Of a stretch of DNA of 64,000 nucleotides, positions 1-9,961 are shown one piece after another. Both the position numbers and the translations under genes were made by a program. The stretch's first letter is position 1. Each line of letters opens with the position of its first letter. The notes beneath the pieces were generated by a model. That model saw nothing but the letters and a program-made list of their open reading frames with translations. It made no database searches and had not been told where the DNA came from. Where the stretch lies: NCBI GenBank assembly GCA_963815195.1, contig CAWFGE010000013.1, positions 1,088,001-1,152,000 of the forward strand. The letters run 5' to 3'. This stretch comes from an uncultured Planctomycetaceae bacterium (lineage in GTDB: Bacteria; Planctomycetota; Planctomycetia; Planctomycetales; Planctomycetaceae).

Positions 1-2565
1 CGGGAAGGGGGAGGCGGATTCCCGCGCGGGATTGGGCACCCATTCGCCCAGCCGAAAATTGGCGAGCAGCAACAGCACGCGGACCAGCGGATTGGGCGAG
101 ACGATTGGACTGACCGCCGCCCCGGACACCGCCATGGCATCGGTGAGATTGATCCCGCCGTCAAATTCATCCGTCGGGATAAACCCCGTCCGATGCGAAC
201 CGCAGAACTTGGGCGAGAAAACGAAGAGTTCGCGATCGTGCGGGCTGCCAAATTGGTACAGCGTGGCATTGATGACGTGATAGGGAAACCCGCGGGACAC
301 GGTGTCCACATCGTCCATCCGGGCGTGGCGGCCGGACTTCCCGACAGGATTCACCCACACCGACGCCAGTTGCTCGCGGTAATAGGAGTGAATGGAAATT
401 CCATTCAGCGGCAAAAGGATTCCCAGGAACAGGCAGATCAACCCGAACCCGCCCGCCAACATCAGCCGGAACCTTTGGTCCGCATCCAAGACGACGTAGG
501 AAAAGATGACGTCGTAAGAGCGGAGATCTTTGCCGTAATGCGATAAGAGGAGGTCCCAGTTGTTTTTGCGGATCGCGGATTCCAAGCCAGTCAATTGATT
601 CAATTTGCTTTCCGCAGTCTCGCGTTTCCCGTCGTCCGCGTCGGGATCATCGACCTGTTCCCGAAGGCTTTTAATCTCTTGAACCAAAGCGTCGGCCTGC
701 GTTGTCTTTCCAACAAGGCGCGAGTTGAGTGCCGGATTCTTTTTAAACTCCGACCTGGCGGCCGATTCGAGATCCTTGGCATGTTCGATCAACCCGAGAA
801 ATTTCTCATCTCGCTTTTTCCCGTTGCTGTCTTTGGCCAGGTCAAAGTAGCGGTACATGCCGGGATCGGAGAGGCACACCCGATTGATTCGATCGATAAA
901 GTGCTCTCGCCAGCGGAGCAATCGCCGCCGTTCTTCGACCCGCTCGCCGAACGTGAAAGGATTCCACATCCGCGCGGCGATGACCGGGTTCCATACTCGC
1001 CACATCGTTTGCTCTTTGGTCCGGTTGTCGATGCCTTCGGACAGCAAAATCGAATTCTGAATGGTCTCGGCGTTTGGTTTCTCCGAAGTTTTTTCGTCTC
1101 CTCCCACAACGTCCCAGAGGTGGCGGCTGATTCCGTTGTGAATCGGCGGATTGGCCTTCCATCCCAAGAGCTTTTTCAAGTTCTCCCTCGCGACGACCAA
1201 CGCATTGTCCGGATCTTCGGCTCGATCACCCGCGGCTTCCCGTTCCACCCGCCTCCAAAACTCATGCCATTTGGTCACGGAAGGCTTCGCCATCAAATAC
1301 CGGTCGTCCCGCCTGTCCTGATAGCCCGAGATATTTTCCCGGCAAATCAGACCGAAGATCACAAGCGGGATCCCGAACAGCAACGCGCGGCTGGCGATAT
1401 GGAAAATCCATTTGTCCTTGGCCGTGCTGTGGGGATCGGTCCCGCTGCGAATTAAAGCCGACGGGCGAAAATAAGGAATTAAGGACGCAATCACGCCACC
1501 CACGGCGATCTGGCTGATCAAACTCATCCAGTCCGTCGCTTTTTCCCTGGCGTTGACAATCGACTGGCTGGAGTCCAACAAAGGCATCGACGGATCAGCG
1601 ACCGTCAGCAAACTCGCCACCGCCATGAAGATCGAAGCCACTAAAAGCAGAAACACCGCTCTGTTGATTTGCTGCCAGCGGCCTTCTGTCTTCAGGTCGC
1701 GAATTGTTCGTTCCCGCGAGTTCCAACTCGTGAAAAGCCAAATCGGAAACAACACGGCGGCGGGAAACCACGGCCGGAGAAGATCCCCGGCAAACCCCAA
1801 TTCCGTGAGCACATCCTGAAATTCCACGCTGTCCAGCAACCGGTAGGCGACGGCGAACAACGCGGCGAGGGCGATGATTGCGCTAAACGCCGTGAGGTTG
1901 ATCAGCAGCATCCCCAACACCAACCGATTGAAAAACGCCAACGGCCGGTTGAGGGCTTTCCCCGCCTGCGAGAGCCGTTTGAGATCGTCGGTATGGGCCC
2001 CGGATGTTTGGGGAAGAATCGCTAAGTCGGATTGAAGCCGATCTCGCGACGTCCCATTGGCCGGTTTGGGATTGGCCTCCTGGGCCGATCGCTGTTCAGG
2101 CTCTTTATCATTCCGATCGTCATGTCCCTCGGCCGCCGGTTTTCCGTTCGTGGCGGGCCGAGACGCGTTGGGCTCGGCCGTTTTGTGGGAGGGCGCGACC
2201 TCTTCGGTGGAAGGATCAAGCGTGATGGAACCCTCTTCGCAATCGGCAACCGATGAGGAGAGATAACACCCCACGTAACTCCCGCCAGAGACCGTGGAGA
2301 GATAGTCCACCTGCCGCAAGATGCCGTGGCGATACATGGCCTGCAGAAATCCGAGGCCGAAACTCGCCGAGCGAATGCCGCCGCCGGATAAAGCAATCCC
2401 CGCGCGGGGAAATCCCGAATTCTTATCGTCCTCGTGGCTTGGGCCGTTTTCCTCCGTGGCTGTTTTCGATGGGGCCAACTGCTGATCCACCCCCGCCCGA
2501 GACCGCCGGATGCGGATGGCTTGATTCTCTCCCGTAAACACATCACGAAAATTTTTTGCCGCCAT
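1..2565 (-). CDS. Membrane-associated patatin/cPLA2-like phospholipase (runs off window start)
   Basis: Absent from the ORF track because it has no stop inside the window. My translation from ATG 2565 is open to base 1 and contains GIALSGGGIRSA, DYLSTVSGGSY, several TM segments, PYHVINATL, FSPKFCGS and AMAVSGAAVSP. Confidence 0.85.
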   Translation of the reverse strand, partial: MAAKNFRDVFTGENQAIRIRRSRAGVDQQLAPSKTATEENGPSHEDDKNSGFPRAGIALSGGGIRSASFGLGFLQAMYRHGILRQVDYLSTVSGGSYVGCYLSSSVADCEEGSITLDPSTEEVAPSHKTAEPNASRPATNGKPAAEGHDDRNDKEPEQRSAQEANPKPANGTSRDRLQSDLAILPQTSGAHTDDLKRLSQAGKALNRPLAFFNRLVLGMLLINLTAFSAIIALAALFAVAYRLLDSVEFQDVLTELGFAGDLLRPWFPAAVLFPIWLFTSWNSRERTIRDLKTEGRWQQINRAVFLLLVASIFMAVASLLTVADPSMPLLDSSQSIVNAREKATDWMSLISQIAVGGVIASLIPYFRPSALIRSGTDPHSTAKDKWIFHIASRALLFGIPLVIFGLICRENISGYQDRRDDRYLMAKPSVTKWHEFWRRVEREAAGDRAEDPDNALVVARENLKKLLGWKANPPIHNGISRHLWDVVGGDEKTSEKPNAETIQNSILLSEGIDNRTKEQTMWRVWNPVIAARMWNPFTFGERVEERRRLLRWREHFIDRINRVCLSDPGMYRYFDLAKDSNGKKRDEKFLGLIEHAKDLESAARSEFKKNPALNSRLVGKTTQADALVQEIKSLREQVDDPDADDGKRETAESKLNQLTGLESAIRKNNWDLLLSHYGKDLRSYDVIFSYVVLDADQRFRLMLAGGFGLICLFLGILLPLNGISIHSYYREQLASVWVNPVGKSGRHARMDDVDTVSRGFPYHVINATLYQFGSPHDRELFVFSPKFCGSHRTGFIPTDEFDGGINLTDAMAVSGAAVSPIVSPNPLVRVLLLLANFRLGEWVPNPARESASPFP

Positions 2566-3296
2566 GTTACCCGCTCACATGCTGCCGGAAAATATTGCCA
2601 GGATGTTCTCTCTATCTAAAAATAAGTTGTCAACTTGAGCCGAAGAAGTGTTCCAGGATTTCCTCACTGTCTTGGTGGAACAAGTCCGCGGAGGAAGTTG
2701 GCCTAAGCGCCGCCGCTCGAAAGGAATCCGAGAACCCAGCGGATTTTCACTATGGTGTTCAGACTACAGGTAACAATCCGAGTTCTCTACAACTTTCTTT
2801 GAAGAATCCGCCAATCTTCATATTCATGACACCTTGTGTCATACCGTTGTCGGTATCTCTACCAATTAGAATACGCAAATCTACCTACGTTTTGTCATCT
2901 TTCTGCTCCATTCACCGTTCCGCAGCTCATGTCGATCAATGCCGCAGCAAAGAGGCCGGCGGTCCGGAAACCCGCATCAAGGCGGAGTCCCCAAAAACTT
3001 GTCCCTCTACCCTAGAGGCGGTTGATTGCGCCACAAGAGGTAAGATTGGCGTAAACCCGAGGGGCGGAAACGATTATGGAGACAGAGGCCGTGACCGATC
3101 TGAAGTCGCGGCGGGCCGCTTTCGGGGGCGAACGCTGGGACTGGTGCCGGGCTCCGTTTAGAATAAACTCGCCATTGATTTCCCCGAAACCGGTGGAGAG
3201 CGGGCGGGCTGTGGGGATCCACGCCCGGACGAATCGCCGAGGGTTTGTTTTTGACTTTCTTACTTGTTGTGGCCTTTCGAGGCCCGCGTCGTGGTG

Positions 3297-4019
3297 ATGT
3301 TGGCAAAGAATCCCAAACTCGATGAACTCCCGCTGCCCAATCCGGTCAAGCGAAATTGGTATTGGCTGACGTGCCAGTCCGTTTTGCGGTTTGTGTTTCC
3401 CGTCTTGGTGCGGTTCCGCGTGCGGGGGCTTGAGCATGTTTCCAAAACGGGCGGCGGATTGTTGTTGATCAATCATCAAAGCTCGCTCGATCCCTTGCTC
3501 GCGGGCCTGGCGATTGACCGGCCGATCAGCTTTGTGGCCCGCGAGACGTTGTTTCGGTTGCCCGTTGTGGGATGGCTGCTGCGGCATACCTATGTCATGC
3601 CGATCAATCGCGAGTCTGCCAGCTCCCGGCTGATGAAGGCGATGATTCGCCGGCTGGAGCACGGGTTTCTGGTGGGCCTGTTTCCCGAGGGCACGCGGAG
3701 CGAAGACGGCCGCATGGGAGAGATCAAGCCGGGCTTCATCGCGATGATCCGCCGCTGCGAGGTGCCGATCTATCCCGTGGGGATTGCCGGCTCAAGCGAG
3801 GCGATGCCCCGCGGGGTTTTGCTCCCGCGGTTTCGCCGGGTCCGCGTGGTGTATGGGGAGCCGATTTCGCCGGTGGAGCTTCGCCCCTACCTGGAGCACG
3901 GTCGCGAGGACGAACTCGTCGCGTTGGTCCGGGAACGCATCCTCGCCTGCCAAAAGGCCGCGGAAAGGTGGCGGCAGGAAAGCCAATGGAAGACGGGTGG
4001 GGAAAGGTCCTGTTCCTGA
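3297..4019 (+). CDS. plsC: Lysophospholipid / 1-acyl-sn-glycerol-3-phosphate acyltransferase (PlsC family)
   Basis: NHQSSLD and FPEGTRS acyltransferase motifs. Confidence 0.88.
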   Translation: MLAKNPKLDELPLPNPVKRNWYWLTCQSVLRFVFPVLVRFRVRGLEHVSKTGGGLLLINHQSSLDPLLAGLAIDRPISFVARETLFRLPVVGWLLRHTYVMPINRESASSRLMKAMIRRLEHGFLVGLFPEGTRSEDGRMGEIKPGFIAMIRRCEVPIYPVGIAGSSEAMPRGVLLPRFRRVRVVYGEPISPVELRPYLEHGREDELVALVRERILACQKAAERWRQESQWKTGGERSCS

Positions 4020-4222
4020 TTGAAACGGCGGAACGCCGGGATTCCCGATTCTCCAATTCCCCCAGGTTATTTCGGCTACCAAAATCGTCTTGTTGACTTG
4101 GGCGGAATTGTTATCTTCCGCACACTGTCCGTAGCGGCGGCTTCCAGCCGCCGAGATCGATCGACGGCGGCAAAATGCCGCTGCACCGTTTGGCCGCGGC
4201 TTCGCCGCATGAGGAACTCCGC

Positions 4223-4981
4223 ATGGGACTGAGCCTGCCCCTCGCCCCGGCTTTGGAATGGAACCCGTTCACGGAGGTTTTGCGGAAACTGTACGCGGAG
4301 CAGCTCGCGGAATCGGGGGACGATCCCTATCTCCGCCAGCACTCCGACCAGAACTTCATCGCCGGGCAGGTGCGGGTGTTTCAGTGGTATCGGCCGTTTT
4401 TGCCGCACGCGGGACGCCTGCTCGATTGGGGGTGCCGGCATGCCCCGGATTCCTGCCTGATCCGCACCGACCTGGAGTCCCAGTTTCAGCAGCACGCCTG
4501 CGATCTGCCGCCGGCGGGTCAATACGGCGTCTTCCACCGCTACGCCGGCGTGGAATATCGTCAACTCAGCGATGCCGTCCGGCTGCCTTATGAGGACGGG
4601 CAGTTCAACGCGGTGATCGCCTCCGGCGTCCTGGAGCACGTGGCGATGGATTACGAATCGCTCAAGGAACTCTACCGCGTGATGCAAGTCGGCGGCCGGT
4701 TGGTGCTGGCTTACCTTCCCAACCGCTTGAGCCTGGGCGAATGGCGAATGCGTCGCACTGGGCAATTGGCCCACCGCCGATTGTACAGCCCGCGGCTGAT
4801 CCGCGAACTCTTGTTGCGAACCGGCTTTTATCCCAAGTCGGTCGGGTATCAAACCAAGTTCGACCAACTCCCGCCCACCACGCCGGCGGTCCGCCGCTTG
4901 AAGCCGGCCGTCAAACTGCTCCAAGCCCACCGCGCGGCCTCGTGCTTGTGCATCATCGCCACGAAAGTCGATTGCATGTAA
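4223..4981 (+). CDS. Class I SAM-dependent methyltransferase
   Basis: LLDWGC and LPYEDGQFNAVIASGVLEHV motifs; GAGGA RBS before ATG 4223 (alternative start 4175). Confidence 0.82.
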   Translation: MGLSLPLAPALEWNPFTEVLRKLYAEQLAESGDDPYLRQHSDQNFIAGQVRVFQWYRPFLPHAGRLLDWGCRHAPDSCLIRTDLESQFQQHACDLPPAGQYGVFHRYAGVEYRQLSDAVRLPYEDGQFNAVIASGVLEHVAMDYESLKELYRVMQVGGRLVLAYLPNRLSLGEWRMRRTGQLAHRRLYSPRLIRELLLRTGFYPKSVGYQTKFDQLPPTTPAVRRLKPAVKLLQAHRAASCLCIIATKVDCM

Positions 4982-4995
4982 GCCGACCGTTAACA

Positions 4996-5379
4996 TCACG
5001 CGGGGCTGAAAGTCTGACGGATGTAGTCGTCGACGTCCGCCTGGGAGCCAAATTTCATCGCATCCTTTCTGCTTCCCGACCACATGCTCCCCGTCCAGAA
5101 TTCGACCACTTCATGAACCGCGCCGATCCCCACCGGTTCTATGTCGCGGCCGACGACCATCCATTGATCCCCGGACGCTTCGGCTTCCGGCACCAACGGA
5201 CCCAGGTGATCGTCAATCCGGCGTTGGACTTCCGCGATGGAGTTTCCGGAAACTTCGTAGGTCCCGCCGCTGGTTTGAACACTCGCACTCCAATAGGGGT
5301 GTTGTGGAATACTTCCGAATGTGGATTTTGTCGACTTCGTGATTTGCACCGCGCGATAGGGAAAGGTCTCATCGCTCAT
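4996..5379 (-). CDS. Hypothetical protein (127 aa)
   Basis: GAGGAG RBS upstream of ATG 5379; the longer ORF-track version would cross the element boundary. Confidence 0.6.
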   Translation of the reverse strand: MSDETFPYRAVQITKSTKSTFGSIPQHPYWSASVQTSGGTYEVSGNSIAEVQRRIDDHLGPLVPEAEASGDQWMVVGRDIEPVGIGAVHEVVEFWTGSMWSGSRKDAMKFGSQADVDDYIRQTFSPA

Positions 5380-5534
5380 TTGGAAAATCTCCTCGCAAGT
5401 GCCACGGAAGAAAAGGGCGGGGGCAGTCGATCCACCCCGATCTTTACAATCAGAATACGCGTTCTGCCGCGCAGCGAACATCGGGAAAACCTTGGCAATC
5501 CGCTGCTGAATCGCACGGGCACTCAATCGCGAGA

Positions 5535-5548
5535 CTCCGCATCCAGCG
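5535..5548 (+). repeat. Left att core CTCCGCATCCAGCG
   Basis: Identical to 20878-20891; lies at the transition from host genes to element genes. Confidence 0.85.
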
Positions 5549-5716
5549 ACCGAATCGCCTAACCAGAAACAAGATAAGGGCTTAGGCGATGATGCCTCTC
5601 CGACTGTCGCGCCCACTGCAGCGCGAGACCCCGATTTTGCACGTTTGGCGGCGGCGTGGCCGGGGCTTCCTGAGGCGGTGAAGCGGCGAATCCTGGCCCT
5701 GGTTGACGGGGCTTGA
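5549..5716 (+). other. Start-less 55-codon segment, predicted C-terminus of the integrase in the excised form
   Basis: TESPNQ...DPDFARLAAAWPGLPEAVKRRILALVDGA*. It is in the same frame across the att core (ccg cat cca gcg) as the integrase at 20880-20891. An in-frame TGA at 5507 lies upstream and there is no in-frame ATG. Confidence 0.75.
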
Positions 5717-5779
5717 GATCCTGTCCAAAATTTCGGAAATCTGGTCGATTCTCAACACATCACACAGGAAAGGTAGAGA

Positions 5780-6091
5780 ATGACAGGAATTTCCGATGAG
5801 CAACTCGCCGAAGCACTGGACCTGCGGGCCGACCGTTCGGTCAAGATGCGGTTGTGGCAGTATTTCACCATCCTTTTTTCAATCGTCGCCGGGGCTATAA
5901 CCCTGGGGATTCTCTACGGCACAATGTGCGCCGCGCAGAACGAACAAGCCGCCGCGATGAAGAACATGCAGGAGAAATTCGAGCGGACCCTGGAAAAGCT
6001 CGATGACCTCGATAAGCGGGTGTTGGCCGTGGAAATCCAGATGAAACTTCGGGTTGCGATCCGAACCTACGGATCTCCCGTTTCCGAATGA
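5780..6091 (+). CDS. Small single-TM, coiled-coil protein
   Basis: Hydrophobic FTILFSIVAGAITLGILYG followed by a heptad-like tail; purine-rich RBS. Confidence 0.7.
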   Translation: MTGISDEQLAEALDLRADRSVKMRLWQYFTILFSIVAGAITLGILYGTMCAAQNEQAAAMKNMQEKFERTLEKLDDLDKRVLAVEIQMKLRVAIRTYGSPVSE

Positions 6092-6106
6092 CGAAAGGAT
6101 AACGAG

Positions 6107-6208
6107 ATGCCATCCGAAACCCGCCTGTGGCAATGCCCCGGCTGCGCCAAGACCTATCGCATTCCGTTGGCTCTTCGGGATGGGTTGAGGGAAGCCGTTG
6201 AGGATTGA
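6107..6208 (+). CDS. 33-aa micro-ORF with CPGC (half zinc ribbon)
   Basis: MPSETRLWQCPGCAKTYRIP...; AAAGGA RBS; below ORF-track cutoff. Confidence 0.4.
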   Translation: MPSETRLWQCPGCAKTYRIPLALRDGLREAVED

Positions 6209-6210
6209 CC

Positions 6211-9200
6211 TCAACGGAAGCCCCGGCGGTTCAATTCCTGTTCGAGCGAATCGGCGAATTGCCGGGCCATTTCAGGCGTCGGCGGAAATGCGGAATTCAT
6301 GTGCACGTTGATCGGTGCCTTGCCGTGCCCCGCGTCGGCGCGCCCGCTCAAGCCGGGATCGTACAGCACGCCGGAGAGCGAATTGACTCCGAGCACCGGC
6401 GGGGCCACTGGCGTCAAAAGCTGCCGAAGCTGCGCGACCATTTGCCCGATCTGGTTTTCGATTCCGATTCTCCGCCGGGCGGTATCGACGACGCTCAAGT
6501 CTTGTTGCAAGAGCGCGATATTGCTGCGAATCGTGCCGATGAGTCCTTCCTTGCTGGCGAGAAAACTTGTGATCCGAGACCACGCTTGCCCGGCTTGCTG
6601 CGGGCTGATATTGGACGCCGCCTGGGCGACTCGCTGGCCCACTTTCTGCATGTTGGTCCCGAAGTTCGTCATGTTTTGCTTCAGGCCCTGGAAGCCTTGG
6701 CCAATCGCCGGAATTAGGCCATTCAGCCGAGCGAACTTCTGCCACGCGGTTTCGACCTGTTGCGAGAATTGCGACATCCGGAACGCCGCCAGTTTGTCTT
6801 GAACTGCCTTTTGGATGTCGAGTCCCGCCCCCTTGAAATCGCCTTTCAAGAGTGCTTCGCGTTGCTCCTGCTTTTTCTTTTCGGCCGCGGCTGCTACGGC
6901 TTCATTCGTCGCCTGAGTCAAAGCCTGCATCTCGTTGGAAAACTGCCCGATGGAGAGCGAACCATTTTTTAATTGTTCATGCAGTGCCAACGCTTGCCCG
7001 GAAAAGCCATTGAGCGATTCCTTGCTGAGCTTTCCGGCTTCATCAAGATCGAAAATCTTCTGTGCGAAATCGTGGAGAACCGGCTGACCCTGTTCAATGG
7101 ATTGTTTGAGGGTGTCGGCATCGTTGACCATCTTCGCCAGCGATTGGGCGAGCGCATCGAGTGCCTGAGAGTTCCCTTGGTTCTGACCGAAGATGTTCGC
7201 TGCGCCTGAAGCCATTCCCGGAGTGACGCCCTTTTGCAAGCCGAGCATTTGTTGCACCTGCACTGGAGTGATTCCCTCCATTCCAAAGATGCTCCTGAAG
7301 TTTGACGAACCCGGCGTTTGCCGATTCATCGCGGAAAGTTGCGCATCCCGCATGGCCTGTTGAATGCCGGCTTGATTCGCTCGCTGTGCTTCCGTGGGAG
7401 AAGGATTCGCGAATCTTGGATTTGCTCCAGGCGCTTGCCGGCCCGCCTGGTTGGGCGCGGCGTTGCCAATTGGACCCCTTGTGATCGGTATTGTTTCATC
7501 CACAATTGATGCCGCGTTAGTCGTTGCTTTCGCAGGCGTCCCTGCTCCGCGGCCCAACATGAATTGGCGAAAAGAAAAAGGCGACCCTTCGCCGAATCGG
7601 AAACCTCTGGAGATGCCAGAACCAGTGGTTTCGCCTTTCAGTTTCCAACCGGCAAGCAAACCGGAACCCGTCTTGCCGCTTTCCGTTGCTGTTGCTGTTG
7701 CTGTTGCTGCCGATTTGCCTCCACCCAATCCAAGCAATCCGAGCGGTCCAGATAACCCTTTCATAGCCGAACCTGCGCCGCCAATTGATTTCCCCATGTC
7801 CCCAAAAATGGCGTTGAGAGCCGTTGCACTTTCCTTCAATTGGCCAGCAAACAACTCAACGAGAGGTTTTGCGACTTCCAGCAATAGCCTAATTTCAACG
7901 GATAGATTTGCAATGCTCACTTTCAACAGATCCGAAATCAGCGGAGCCAATTCCTTTACCGCCGGCCCCAGTTCGTCGCGGATTAAGACGGCGAGTTCAA
8001 CGAGCGTCGGCCTGATTTGCTGCCAGGCATCGAGTACCGCAGCCGCAATTTGTTCCCATGCGGATTTTGCGGACTGAAACAGATCGCCGAAAATATCGCT
8101 GTTGGCTTCGATCCACGCTTTCACCTGATCGAAATGGGCGATGAGTAATCCGACGGCGACGATCACCGCGCCGATTCCTGTGGAAATCATGGCGGCACGA
8201 AGGCTTCCGAATGCAATCGGTAGAGTGCTTCCAATGGCTGTGGCGAGACGAATCACGACATCGATCAAACCGAAAAACCCGAATACTTTGAGAGTCACAA
8301 GGGCATTCAAGATTTGCGGATGCTGTGCGACGAAATTCATTGCCTGCCCTAAAAATCTTGCGAAACCACCGGCGAGTCTCAACAGAGTCGGAACGACTTC
8401 ACTGGCCGCAATTGCCAATCGACCGAACACGTCGATTGCCCCGCTGACGGCAGACTCAAGGCCCCCAATAAACACGTCTGGGGTGATGCCCGAGAATGAC
8501 CGCGAAAGCCGCATGACTAACGCCCCGATCTGGTTTGCGATGCGATCGACGGCGACTTGAAACCGCGGGCCGCTCATCGCATCCACGACACCAGAAAACG
8601 CCTCCGTGATGCGGTGGAAAGCCGGCAACATGACCTTTCCCGCAGCCTGGGTCAAAGCGTCTTTGATGTTGCTCAACAGACCCGTGAACTTGTGGGACAG
8701 CTTTTCCATCTGGCCGCCGAAACGGTCGGTCAATCCTTCAAGAATGGCCGGAACCGCTATGCTCGCGGAGATTGCCCCATTTTCCGCTTGTTTCATGGCC
8801 GTCGGGATGTCGGTGCCGATTTTCTTCGCCAAGATTTCCCAGGCCGGGATCCCCGCTTCGGCAAGCTGGTTCATTTCCTGGGCGCTGACTTTTCCCTTCG
8901 CTTTGATCTGCCCGAGGGCCAACGTGATGCGGTCCAGTAGTTCCGGCGAGCCACCCAGACCGGCGGCGGCGTCCCCGACTGCGGTCAACATCGGAAGGAT
9001 TTGTTCCGCGGCGAAGCCGAACGCCAAAAGCTTTTGAGCCGATTTAACAAGCCCCGGCATTTCAAACGGAGTCTTGATGGCGAATGCCTTCAATTCTTCC
9101 ATGAATTTTTTGGCTTTTTCGGCGCTGCCGAGCATCGTCGAAAATGCGACTTCGGCATTCTCTGACATCGCGTCGAAGCTAATCCCGATCTTGGCGACCG

Positions 9201-9393
9201 AGCCGGCGATACCGAGCGCCACCCCGCCGACGACGGTCGTAATCCGCGTGGCTGCCCGGTCGATGGCTTTCGCGGCATCCGCCCATTTTTTCGCCAAGTC
9301 TTGCGTGGCGATGGCGGCTTTTTGCATGTTGCGGGCGAAGCCGCTCATATCGGTTTGCACGATGCCGCGAAGCATGTGGAGAACTGTCGTCAT
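6211..9393 (-). CDS. Phage tail tape measure protein (1060 aa)
   Basis: N-terminal tape-measure domain (AFSTMLGSAEKAK..FAIKTPFE..LGQIKAKGKVSAQEMNQLAEAGIP), Ala/Gly-rich helical body, hydrophobic mid segment. Confidence 0.92.
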   Translation of the reverse strand: MTTVLHMLRGIVQTDMSGFARNMQKAAIATQDLAKKWADAAKAIDRAATRITTVVGGVALGIAGSVAKIGISFDAMSENAEVAFSTMLGSAEKAKKFMEELKAFAIKTPFEMPGLVKSAQKLLAFGFAAEQILPMLTAVGDAAAGLGGSPELLDRITLALGQIKAKGKVSAQEMNQLAEAGIPAWEILAKKIGTDIPTAMKQAENGAISASIAVPAILEGLTDRFGGQMEKLSHKFTGLLSNIKDALTQAAGKVMLPAFHRITEAFSGVVDAMSGPRFQVAVDRIANQIGALVMRLSRSFSGITPDVFIGGLESAVSGAIDVFGRLAIAASEVVPTLLRLAGGFARFLGQAMNFVAQHPQILNALVTLKVFGFFGLIDVVIRLATAIGSTLPIAFGSLRAAMISTGIGAVIVAVGLLIAHFDQVKAWIEANSDIFGDLFQSAKSAWEQIAAAVLDAWQQIRPTLVELAVLIRDELGPAVKELAPLISDLLKVSIANLSVEIRLLLEVAKPLVELFAGQLKESATALNAIFGDMGKSIGGAGSAMKGLSGPLGLLGLGGGKSAATATATATESGKTGSGLLAGWKLKGETTGSGISRGFRFGEGSPFSFRQFMLGRGAGTPAKATTNAASIVDETIPITRGPIGNAAPNQAGRQAPGANPRFANPSPTEAQRANQAGIQQAMRDAQLSAMNRQTPGSSNFRSIFGMEGITPVQVQQMLGLQKGVTPGMASGAANIFGQNQGNSQALDALAQSLAKMVNDADTLKQSIEQGQPVLHDFAQKIFDLDEAGKLSKESLNGFSGQALALHEQLKNGSLSIGQFSNEMQALTQATNEAVAAAAEKKKQEQREALLKGDFKGAGLDIQKAVQDKLAAFRMSQFSQQVETAWQKFARLNGLIPAIGQGFQGLKQNMTNFGTNMQKVGQRVAQAASNISPQQAGQAWSRITSFLASKEGLIGTIRSNIALLQQDLSVVDTARRRIGIENQIGQMVAQLRQLLTPVAPPVLGVNSLSGVLYDPGLSGRADAGHGKAPINVHMNSAFPPTPEMARQFADSLEQELNRRGFR

Positions 9394-9405
9394 AGCAAAA
9401 CTCCG

Positions 9406-9762
9406 TCAGTTGGTTTGGGCAGCGGCGGCGAGGGACTCTTGTCGCGTGGGCAACTCAGTAAGCAAGAAAGCGGCGTTAGACGCCCCGGGCAGCGTGCCGA
9501 TGCGATGCCATGCCTGGGGCAATCCTGTGACCCATATCAAAACATCAGGCAGAGTCACAACGCCTCCGCCGATGCCGCTTCTCCACAACTCGCATCGGGC
9601 GAACGTCTCATCGATGGTGCCACCATGCAGCAAGCGCTGAGCGGCGAACAAAGCGGCGAGCGGATTGCTGTCGGTGTTTTCGAGGACGATATTGATGAAG
9701 CCGGCAAGAAAACTCTCGCCGATTTCTTCGGGGGGGATCCGGACCTTGGAGTCGGTGGGCAT
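9406..9762 (-). CDS. Hypothetical protein directly upstream of TMP (candidate tail assembly chaperone)
   Basis: 118 aa, 12-bp gap to TMP, same strand; function inferred from position only. Confidence 0.55.
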   Translation of the reverse strand: MPTDSKVRIPPEEIGESFLAGFINIVLENTDSNPLAALFAAQRLLHGGTIDETFARCELWRSGIGGGVVTLPDVLIWVTGLPQAWHRIGTLPGASNAAFLLTELPTRQESLAAAAQTN

Positions 9763-9932
9763 GGTCTTGGCCTCTTTCGCTGGCCCAAGTGGAAAGAAAA
9801 ACGCGGCGGTGGCTGGTGGGCCAAATGACCAGCGATCTCCGTCGAGACCCGCCGCGTGTGAGGGGCAGACGATACCGCGGATCGGGTTGCTGGCAACGGG
9901 AAAACTGCCAGAAAGCCGACTCAGGGAACCGC

Positions 9933-9961
9933 TTGAATTTCAGCGGCGGACGGGTAAAAAT
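9933..9961 (+). promoter_or_regulatory. Sigma70-like promoter candidate (TTGAAT ... TAAAAAT)
   Basis: -35/-10-like boxes about 16-17 bp apart in GC-rich intergenic DNA upstream of the rightward operon. Confidence 0.4.

Noticed and set aside
595..1455. 286-aa plus-strand ORF
   Set aside because: Antisense shadow of the patatin-like gene.
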